Under the pieces are notes generated by a model. That model was not told the DNA's origin. It saw nothing but the letters and a program-made list of their open reading frames with translations, and did not search any database. The translations under genes were made by a program, and so were the position numbers. From Hormiphora californensis (lineage: Eukaryota; Animalia; Ctenophora), in assembly GCA_020137815.1 (NCBI GenBank), contig CM035353.1, positions 8,494,001 through 8,558,000 on the forward strand: a stretch of 64,000 nt of DNA, read 5' to 3'. Within the stretch, counting starts at the first letter, position 1, and the number at the start of each line of letters is the position of its first letter. Shown piece by piece: positions 17,190-28,400 of the stretch.

Positions 17190-20100
17190 TTAAGGTTTTT
17201 GAACAACTTGGATAACATCGACATCATGGATAGACCCCCAGACAGTGCCGGTGTACATTAGTTCATTGCTCAGTGAGGGTTGGAGTGGGGTTGGGACTGT
17301 TCCGTTCCATATCCGAGATGTTAGGTCCTCCTTCTTTCTCTTTCTAGATGGTACCATGGTGTGTTCTAACTCAGCTAGCTCGTGTAGCAGTTGCAGGACC
17401 ATGGCAGGATATATCTCAGCTACATTAGTCCTACGCAGGGAATTTTGATAACGTTCTAAATCTAATTCATACTATGAATCAGTATGAACTATCAGTATCT
17501 TTACTCAATATAAAATTAGAATTTTAGGACTCACGTCTCATATGGATCGTTTTTGATATGGTAAAGTTGGTAGTAGTTGAGGGGTCCTGATTGAATCGTC
17601 TCTTTGTAGGGATGAAACCAATCATTTGGTGGTCCTCCACCACCTAAACAACACATGGTTACTGTTAGAGCATTGGCCTTTCCAGATTCTCATAGCGCGA
17701 GAACTGTGGTCAGAGCATTGGCCTGACAGGATAGTTAGCCATAGCTCCAGAACAGTTTTCTAGATCAAACCACATGTTAATTGTCAAAACAACATGCCAA
17801 AACCAGGCCTAAAAGACAAATCACACTTGTATTTTCAGGCGTGGTTTTTAAAACTTAGTAACTTACCGACGATGAGTTTCCAATTTCCTGATCTAATCGC
17901 TTTGAAAGCTTTAGTAGGGCCACAGGATATACCACCTCTCTTGTTAATATTAATTAGGAATGATCTCCGTTTCCCTGGCAACCCTTTCTTCAGAACCCTC
18001 CAGAACGAGATACCATCTTTTGGTGAGGTGACTGGTGGATCTGAAATAATTGCTTTATATCTAGCTGTGATACTGTCTGGCAGAGGACTGGCCTGGCTGA
18101 GCCTATTCTCGTGGTCAGAGCATTGGCCTAACAAGGGTCTGGTAGCGCCGCGACCCTGCATTGATTAAAGGTCTGACGAAGTACCTATATGAGTGATGTC
18201 ATACTCCCGGACAATTTCCTCGAATGTAGGGTACCAATCCACCAAGTGTACCAAGTCTGATGATATTCTACCTGAAATAGTATAGTAGTTGCCCTATGAT
18301 TTGAGCTACCTTTACCACCGTAACATTCGCGGGTTAACACAGGATATAACGGATGCTTCGTCTATCTTCAAAAGGGAATGTACTGGCACCAAAGGTAGCT
18401 CAAATCATAGGGCAACCTTTCCGGCCTACTAATTTCAATTAGTTTTGGTATAATTTGCATCATTTTTGGGATTTTTAATCCATTTAGATGTAGTAGAACA
18501 GGTACAGAGAGGATGGAATCGCTAAGTTGAAATTTTTTCATTTTTGACGTCATTTTGACGTCATAAAATGACGTCACGACGTTATGACGTCATGATTATG
18601 ACGTCATATGATTACCTAGATGAAGATACTGACCAAGTTTGAGATCGATTGGATGAGATTTGAGTTCGCTATGGCGAAAAAACCCATATCGTCATATCTA
18701 TTTTTAAACGGTCATAACACTTCAGACGCGTTTTAAGACCCTTATACAAGTAGTTTTGAAAATTCGCGATATGGTTTCTGAAAGTTTAGACAATTCTCTT
18801 TTCATGATATAGTCTTCGTTTTTCGATTAGAATCAATCTTGAGGGTGTAAATTGAGCTCAAAGAATTTTGGTCAGAGGCTGAAAAATGACGATCTTAAGA
18901 CGTTCTGTAGGACGTTCCTGGCGATGAAAACGGACCCCACTTCGACTAATGCACACACATCCAGTAGATCTACCAGCTGTGAAAAGAGGAAGTCTCTATC
19001 TCTTTTCGTTTGGCGTCACATTCACTTATAAAAAGCGTCTCTCCTATGCGCGTACGCGCGCGCACATGCCTGTTACCACACTGTTACACTGTTACACTGA
19101 ATTTAGGGCAAATGGGACATGTCTGTAACTTCGGTTCTAGATGAGATAGAGACTTGAAGTCAAAGACCCCAAGCCGGGTATACATTCCAAATTTCAAGTC
19201 AAACAGATGAAAGAGAGCCACGCTATAGCCTTTTGAAATCTGGGTTTTCAGCCAAAACACCCATAAAACGTATAACTGCGTTTCTGGCGGCGCTTTTTTT
19301 GGGGAGGGGGAATGGCAACCTTTGCGCTTGCCAGCGCAGTGATAGACTTGTCTTATACAGCTAATATGTCCAGCGATATCTAGAACCTTCGTCGCCCAAC
19401 GTTCAATAGCTCGCCAACAAAGAATGTGTTCTAACCTGGGTTTCTAATGAGGCCAGGTCCATGAACGAATGATACAAGCCGTATTCCTCCTTCAAAAACA
19501 CTTCTCTTACCACCACGCAGTGGGAAATTACTGCCAGGTTCTCGTCCCTCTGGATTCCTGCATGATACATATTGTCCTATTATTATTAGTAAGGACCAGG
19601 TGCTTATAACAGAGTGACTATATCTACTATTAGTCAGACTGTTAATTCTGTTTTGATTCGACCAATAGCATGTGTCACGTACTCCCCCGTGTAAGAGGTA
19701 GTTTTGCAGTAGCCCACGTTAGCACCATTATCACTGGTAAACACTATCAGGGTGTTATCATACAACCCCTCCTCCTTCAATAGAGCCGTAATGTTCCCTG
19801 GCGGGGAGGGGGGTATCATACAGGAGGCTTCCAATTGCCTCGTAAGGGGGAGGGGGTAATGGTGCATAACAGGTACCAGAATTGCCTTGTTCACCCTGTT
19901 TCACCGCCCCCAAAGTCTAAATGTAAAGGAGTTTTAGAACAGGTTCCCATGACAACATGTTGCTATATACTCACCAACACCCTCATCGATTGAACTCATC
20001 ATTGCTGCGTAATTCCTTCGCTTCCTCCTAGCGTACCCTGACATGTGACTTGTGAACCGCTCCAGATCATCCTCTGGGGCCTAGAGATAGAGGGAATGGA

Positions 20101-22877
20101 CATGTTATAATGCAGTCAGGTGAGGGTCACCTAGCGACCAGGGAGGTCAGGTGGTTAGGTTGATCAGTACACTGCAATGAGGTTGTACCAGGCTGTACCT
20201 TGTTGAGGTATAAAAGTGAACCTACCTGGTAAGGGGCATGGACGTTCATATAACTGAGATACAGGAAGAATGGTTGGTCAGGTTTCCTATTCTTGATGGT
20301 CTCCATAGCATGGTTGGTAAAGACTCTTGAAGAGTACTGACCCGCCAAGTCATACCTTATCTTATCCACCAGCTGCCCCTCACTGCAGCAGTATCAGGGT
20401 GTGTTATTCACACGGAGGGGAGTGTCGTGCTCAACTCAACAGGGTGTGTTACTGCACTTTGGGTACCTTGTGGCCCTGATCTGTGTTCGCGCCCCTCTGT
20501 TTTCATGCCAGGGGTTGCTGTCAACTGTCAAACCGCTGGTAGTGAGACCACTAGCGAAGTATGCGGTCTCACTACCAGAAACTACAGATCTTAAGGTTGA
20601 TTACCTATTCAGATAGTTGTACCTCAGATCGAAATACTTCACTTTCTTGTTCTTGACAATCCCAGACCAGGGAGGCAAACCATTTTGCCTGTTGACTTTC
20701 TTCTGAAGTTTCCTTAAACTTCGCTCCAATTTCTGGCTGGCATCGTAGGCACCCAGACTCCCACAATCATACGAGAAGTGGTCGTGGGCACAGAAGTAGA
20801 AGCCCAGGAAAGTATCAAATCCCCTCATAACGGGGGTGTGCCGCCAAGTCCTCCATCCTAGATGCCACTTTCCTGTCAGAGATCAGAGATGTTTTTGAGC
20901 AAAATACAATTAAAAGCTGACAATTAAAGGTATACTACCTTATAATGGGGGACTACCTATAACAGCTGACAATTAGAGGTGCTACCTTATGGGGGACTAC
21001 CTATGGCGTGGGTAGAGTACCCGTAATGTTGAAACATCTCTCCAACAGTAAACTCATCCGTATCTAATCCCCATAACTCCCCCTGAAACACATTGATGTG
21101 GTCACATTGATGGGGTCACATTGATGTGGTCACATTGATGGGGTCACATTGATGTGGTCACATTGATGGGGTCACATTGATGTGGTCACATTGATGTGGT
21201 CACATTGATGGGGTCACATTGATGTGGTCACATTGATGGGGTCACATTGATGGGGTCACATTGTAGGTCACATTGTGGATCAATTGATGGGGTCACATTG
21301 TGGGTCACATTGTGGATCAATTGATGGGGTCACATTGTAGGTCACATTGTGGATCACATTGTGGATCACATTGTGGATCAATTGATGGGGTCACATTGTA
21401 GGTCACATTGTGGATCACATTGTGGATCACATTGTGGGTCACATTGTGGGTCACATTGTGGATCAATTGATGGGGTCACATTGTAGGTCACATTGTGGAT
21501 CACATTGTGGATCACATTGTGGGTCACATTGTGGGTCACATTGTGGACCACATTGTGGGTCACATTGTAGGTCACATTGTGGGTCACATTGTGGGTCACA
21601 TTGTAGGTCACATTGTGGGTCACATTGTGGGTCACATTGTAGGTCACATTGTAGGTCACATTGTGGGTCACATTGTAGGTCACATTGTGGATCAATTGAT
21701 GGGGTCACATTGTAGGTCACATTGTGGATCACATTGTGGATCACATTGTGGGTCACATTGTGGGTCACATTGTGGACCACATTGTGGGTCACATTGTAGG
21801 TCACATTGTGGGTCACATTGTGGGTCACATTGTAGGTCACATTGTAGGTCACATTGTGGGTCACATTGTAGGTCACATTGTGGATCAATTGATGGGGTCA
21901 CATTGTGGATCAATTGATGGGGTCACATTGTGGATCAATTGATGGGGTCACATTGTAGGTCACATTGTGGATCAATTGATGGGGTCACATTGTGGGTCAC
22001 ATTGTGGATCACATTGTGGATCACATTGTGGGTCACATTGTGGGTCACATTGTGGACCACATTGTGGGTCACATTGTAGGTCACATTGTGGGTCACATTG
22101 TGGGTCACATTGTAGGTCACATTGTAGGTCACATTGTGGGTCACATTGTAGGTCACATTGTGGATCAATTGATGGGGTCACATTGTGGATCAATTGATGG
22201 GGTGAGGGGTCACATTGTGGGTCACATTGTGGATCACATTGTGGGTCACATTGTGGGTCACATTGTAGGTCACATTGTAGGTCACATTGTGGGTCACATT
22301 GTAGGTCACATTGTGGATCAATTGATGGGGTCACATTGTGGGTCACATGGTGGATCAATTGATGGGGTCACATTGTGGATTATGGAGCTACCTGTTGGAT
22401 GTTAGCTTCATGAAATCCAGTGTGTATGGGGTATCTTCCACTAATGAAGGAGGCCCGGGAAGGAGCACACATGGGTTGTCCATAATGTTGGTCTAGTATC
22501 ACACCTATAATCATGGGTGTGAGATGTTACTCACACTGAAACTATGCCCGAGAGGTGTGAGCTACAAACACAACGCAGCTAAATCAGTATCATGTTAAAA
22601 CACAGTACCTACCATTTTCAGCCAGGTTGTCAAGGTTGGGAGTTGAGATATCAGAACCCTGGTACCCCACATCGTTGTACCCTGGGAGGGATGTCAGATA
22701 TGATGTGGTACTGATATTCAAAGAGATAATGAGATCGGGTCACCAGACGCATGTTCAGAGTGCATGTAGAATGTAAATACATAGTATATAGAGTGTAGAC
22801 TACAAAACTGCTGCAGTACACTGACCCAGATCATCAGCGAAGATGAAGATGACCACTAACAACAGAAGTATCAGCAT
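17190..22877 (-). CDS. Arylsulfatase B/I/J-like sulfatase, ~13 exons
   Basis: Motifs FIFADDLGYNDVG, formylglycine signature CAPSRASFISGRYP, GKWHLG, RGFDTFLG, PFFLYLSYMNVHAPYQ, NTLIVFTSDNG, NFPLRGGKRSVFEGGIR, HLVDWYPT, AIRSGNWKLIVG and QLYHIKNDPYE across GT-AG exons. Confidence 0.92.
18288..19345 (+). mobile_element. Helentron/HINE (DINE-1)-like non-autonomous element in an arylsulfatase intron
   Basis: 5' 26-bp inverted pair gttgccctatgatttgagctaccttt (18288) / aaaggtagctcaaatcatagggcaac (18391). The 3' ggcaac is followed by hairpin tgcgc-ttgcca-gcgca, and the same 3' motif recurs at ~33607-33632. Confidence 0.55.
21090..22380. repeat. Intronic minisatellite, 12/13-bp units (GGTCACATTGTG / GGTCACATTGATG) with higher-order blocks
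   Basis: Fills the arylsulfatase intron from ~10 nt inside the donor to the acceptor. Confidence 0.95.
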
Positions 22878-23707
22878 GTTGCTGGCGAGTGTCTGCAGCA
22901 ACCTGGTAACCACTAATCTGGAGTAGTAGTAGCTACTGATGGTATAGTTGCATAAATCAACTTAGACCCTACACTGGCACTGCAGAAAGATGGAGAGAGA
23001 GAGAGAAACGGAAAATGTGTAGACTATAAGAGAGAGGGACAATAAAAAAGGGAAATAAAAGGTATAAATGACTCATTTTGGTTCCCATTTTATTTACATG
23101 CTAGGAACTATAACAGGAGTAGTGTCGACGTCATGCAGTGTCAACTCTAAATATAAAGCAAAAGAGCTGCAGCAAATTATATGGAGCTGAGTTGGTGTAG
23201 AAATATGTGTTATATGTGTGACGTATTTTCCTTATATGAGGGGTGATGATTTGATTATGCAGGGGTGAGTTAACATCAAGACAAGGAACAACATGTGTTG
23301 GGTAATCGATAAATCCGGGTTTACATGATTTAATGTACTTGTAGCGGATCACCCGTCTGGGTAATGATTCGCTAATGCTGTCCGACCTAGAGGTGGGAAT
23401 CGGGAAAGGCCTGTTTGGCAGTACTGAGTACAGAGTACAGACCCGATCTGAGCACACTGAGAATCAAAAGACAGGGTGAGGGAGGGACATGGTAAACAAC
23501 CCAGCCGAATAAACCTAAATCCAGAGTTTATTGATAACAAATCACAGCGGTGGAAAGTGAAACATATTTGCCCGCTATCTCTGACGTCGAATTATTGATT
23601 TACTTTTAGGTTCACCGCCCTCAACCTCGGCCTGGGAACTGCGCAATTACGTTGAATAGACCATGCTGTCACGTGGATCAGGGTCGGTGTGGATCTTCTC
23701 CGCGTTT

Positions 23708-24272
23708 GAGGCGATCAGATCGGGTCGGCATCTCCAGACAGAGCGACACTGTCAGGCCAATGCTCTGACCACAGTTCTCGCGCGAGGCCGCGAGAGAAAT
23801 GAGAATAGGGTCAGGTCAATGCTCTGACAGATCGACAATGCTCTCAGATCGGGTCGGCACCTCCAGACAGAGCGCTCAGATCGGGTCGACACCAGCTCCA
23901 GACAGAGTAACAATGCGCTCAGATCGGGTCTGCACCTCCAGACAGAGTAACAATGCGCTCAGATCGGGTCGGTACGTCCAGACAGAGCGACAGTGCGCTC
24001 AGATCGGGTCGGTTATACCTCCAGACAGAGCGACAATGCGCTCAGATCGGGTCGACAGCAGCTCTAGAACGAGTGACAATGCGCTCAGATCGGGTCGACA
24101 GCAGCTCTAGAACGAGTGACAATGCGCTCAGATCGGGTCGACACCAGCTCTAGAACGAGTAACAATGCGCTCAGATCGGGTCGACACCAGCTCTAGAACG
24201 AGTAACAATGCGCTCAGATCGGGTCGGCATCTCCAGACAGTGCGCTCAGATCGGGGATCTGCACCTCCAGAC
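23708..24272. repeat. ~41-bp minisatellite (caatgcgctcagatcgggtcg..ctc[c/t]aga..gag), ~12 copies
   Basis: Conserved core gcgctcagatcgggtc with variable flanks. Confidence 0.9.
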
Positions 24273-25493
24273 GACCACCAGACAACCCCAAGTAGTAGCG
24301 TCCCCAACATCAAATTGGTTACATGTGTAACCCTTTCCTTTGCACACCGCCAGGGGCATAGTGATTACCATCCACCATCCATCATCCAACAAAGTTTAAA
24401 CAAGTTGTTTTAAAATGCTCTAAGCTTGATTACTAGTAATTACTACCATCGGAATACATTCACAATAAATTCAATATTTTCAAATATTAGGTTGTCCCAT
24501 ATTAAGGTTTTAGCAGACGTGTGTTTACACCAACTTTTGAAGAGTAAACTTTTACGACTCCAGCAGTGCTTTACTTCAGCAACAAGGGGAAATGTTGATG
24601 AGATCTTAACTTGAACGATCTCAACGAGCATTTTCATTCAATATATGGGACAGCCTAATATTATATTCCAAAACACACAAATAATTATAAACATTGCCAG
24701 GCCTGGGAGATCAGACCACCAGCAGGCAAGATAAAGGTGTTCAAGTGCTGCTCTTAATTCAATATAGCCAATGTCATAAAATATACTACCTCTTCACAAG
24801 TCATTGCGTTCCCTCTCGATCAAATATACTCGGACTATAAAATCTACAGCTTCTGATCTGACAACTGATGGCTCATACAGTCTGATCTGACAACTGATGT
24901 GTGGACTGGCCAGCAGTCCAGTGACCCAGCTACAATTTGGTTACGAACTAACCCCTTCGCGCGCTGGCAAGGGTTACCCAGCTACAACACGGTATATTTC
25001 ATGGAGCGTTCACAGTAATCATAGGTACACACACGGTAATAGAAAACACTAAACGCAATACACGGTCAGACACTCACACACAAGGCTCAATGAGAAAAAC
25101 ATTCACACACCAACATTCACACATTCACAGAAACACGGATAAATATCTACTAGTGCTGCAATATTTCAATTTCAGGGCGTCATTTTTTACAAATCGTATG
25201 GTTTCTACCGATGTCACAGCATTACAGATCTTTAAATATTCTACAACGCGATATACACGTCGCTAAAAAATGATAAATTTAAATATTTTAACCCATAAAT
25301 ATTATTATTACCCGCTACGATCACATATAATACTACTTCCACATTCAAACTACTTGTGCACCTCAAATATGTGCTATTATGTAACAGCTCCTGGCTAGAG
25401 TCCCACTTTATAAACGTGTCTATATATAAAGTGTATCTCCCACAGTATATTCACATGATGACCCTGCTCTATTCACACAGTGTCCTAGCTATA

Positions 25494-28400
25494 TCACATG
25501 TATTTCTCATCATCAGACGTGTCAGAGTCCACACAGGGGAACTCAGGACTACTCAGACAAATACTACTCTCATCGTCACTCGTTGTGTTTTCACGGGAGT
25601 CAGGGCGAAGGAGATGTTTCCGGGGCTTATCAAGGCTCATCCGCTCAAAGGCTGTTAGGATTCGATCACAAATGGCACTCCCGTCAGATGTTCGGAACAT
25701 GTATGGTTTCACCTGAAGGAGGATATATTAATTAGTTACATTAAGTTAATTAATTACACAATTAGTTACATTAAGTTAGTTAATTACATAATTAGTTAAA
25801 TTGATAATTAGCCATCTAAACTGCATTATTACAAGATTGGCAGCTATGTGGTGTATTACCTGTCCATTAGCTATCAGGGCATCTAGGGAGATGGAGTCCT
25901 TGTTCCTTGTTACCCGGAATATCTGACACACTGGGATCACCGTCTAGAGGGAGATAGAGAACTGGATTATAAATGGGGATAACCGTCTAGAGGGAGATAG
26001 AGAACTGGGTTACAAATGGGGATAACCGTCTAGAGGGAGATAGAGAGAGGGTTATAAATGGGATAACCGTCTAGAGGGAGATAGAGAGAGGGTTATAAAT
26101 GGGATAACCGTCTAGAGGGAGATAGAGAACTGGGTTATAAATGGGGATCACCGTCTAGAGGGAGATAGAGAACTGGGTTACAAATGGGGATCACCGTCTA
26201 GAGGGAGATAGAGAACTGGGTTATAAATGGGATAACCGTCTAGAGGGAGATAGAGAACTGGATTATAAATGGGATAACCGTCTAGAGGGAGATAGAGAAC
26301 TGGATTATAAATGGGATAACCGTCTAGAGGGAGATAGAGAACTGGATTATAAATGGGATCACCGTCTAGAGGGAGATAGAGAACTGGGTTACAAATGGGG
26401 ATAACCGTCTAGAGGGAGATAGAGAACTGGGTTACACACTGGGATAACCGTCTAGAGGGAGATAGAGAACTGGATTATAAATGGGGATCACCGTCTAGAG
26501 GGAGATAGAGAACTGGGTTACACACTGGGATAACCGTCTAGAGGGAGATAGAGAACTGCAGGTTACACACTGGGATAACCGTCTAGAGGGAGATAGAGAG
26601 AGAGTTGCAAATGGGGATAACCGTCTAGAGGGAGATAGAGAACTGGGTTACAAATGGGGATCACCGTCTAGAGGGAGATAGAGAACTGGGTTACAAATGG
26701 GGATCACCGTCTAGAGGGAGATAGAGAACTGGGTTACACACTGGGATAACCGTCTAGAGGGAGATAGAAAACTGGATTATAAATGGGATAACCGTCTAGA
26801 GGGAGATAGAGAACTGGGTTACAAATGGGGATCACCGTCTAGAGGGAGATAGAGAACTGGGTTACAAATGGGGATCACCGTCTAGAGGGAGATAGAGAAC
26901 TGGGTTACAAATGGAGATAACCGTCTAGAGGGAGATAGAGAACTGGATTACAAATGGGGATCACCGTCTAGAGGGAGATAGAGAACTGGGTTGCAAATGG
27001 GGATCACCGTCTAGAGGGAGATAGAGAACTGGGTTACACACTGGGATAACCGTCTAGAGGGAGATAGAGAACTGGGTTATAAATGGGGATAACCGTCTAG
27101 AGGGAGATAGAGAACTGGGTTATAAATGGGGATAACCGTCTAGAGGGAGATAGAGAACTGGATTATAAATGGGATAACCGTCTAGAGGGAGATAGAGAAC
27201 TGGGTTATAAATGGGGATAACCGTCTAGAGGGAGATAGAGAACTGGGTTATAAATGGGGATAACCGTCTAGAGGGAGATAGAGAACTGGGTTATAAATGG
27301 GGATAACCGTCTAGAGGGAGATAGAGAACTGGGTTATAAATGGGGATAACCGTCTAGAGGGAGATAGAGAACTGGGTTACAAAAGGGGATCGAAAACAGA
27401 TCACATATCATTACTAAGGTTACATGTTTGATTGTTGTTTACTAATTACCACGGGCTAATCACTAACTAATTACCGTTTCTGTTGGGAATTTCAGCTTTA
27501 CAAAGTCCTGTGTAATCTCTATCTTGACGGTGATGTCAGTGTGGTTGTAAACCTGTACCTCATACTCAGCCGCTGAATCCTGGTAGTGGGAGAGAGATGG
27601 AGTTGGGTTAGACATATAGCATGGGTAGTTGTTAATGGGAGAGAGTTAGAACAGGGGGAGAGAGAATTGGGTGACGGAATTGGGAATTAATGGGGGAGAG
27701 AAGTTGGTTAAAGAGACTTGGGTTAGAACACATATATCGAGAAGGGACGTTGGTGGGATCAATTGGAGATATGAATAGCAGAAAACAACAACTACAACTT
27801 CAAGTACTCACCTTTTTGGTGACAGTTGAATCTGTCTTTTTGATCCGTTTGAAGCTCTCCTTTATTTTACTATATGCCTCAGCACTCTGAAAAGTTGATC
27901 ATTTCTTTTATAGTTCATGAATATATTCAGACATACATGATATGGAACATTGTATTGACAAATAAACGGAGTGTAATATCAGTCAACTAAAATACGTACC
28001 TTTTGGCTGCAGAACTGAATTTGTGTGACAGGGGAATGATTTGCACCAGTTAGTACCCACAGGGATATTATCTTGTACTTTTTACTGAAACTCACTCTCC
28101 TAACGTCCTCCAGGAAATACCGCTCTTTTATTGTCATGTTGTTGGGGGACCGGATAAAGATGGCTTCCGAGGAAATCTGTAGAAATGGGAGAATGGTTGA
28201 GAAATTGTTAATAGGAACAACTGATAAAACCCAATTACGTTTTCAGGCGCCCCGAAGTTATCTAAATTGGAGAAATAACAGCCATTTCAAATCCTAAAGA
28301 TCTACCTCTAGCAGCAAGGTATCTCCTGAGAGAGTGGTCCCTTGGTGAACAAGATATGAAGTTCTGGGTAGTTGAGATCTCAGAGGTTCCAGTGTCAGTT

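Noticed and set aside
21378-22405. His/Cys-rich ORFs (SHCG, CDPQ, HIVG) resembling metallothionein
   Set aside because: Stop-poor 12-bp intronic satellite that is open in many frames on both strands.
23708-24272. CRISPR-like appearance of regularly spaced conserved cores
   Set aside because: The intervening sequences are themselves repeat variants, not unique spacers. The context is eukaryotic and there are no cas genes.
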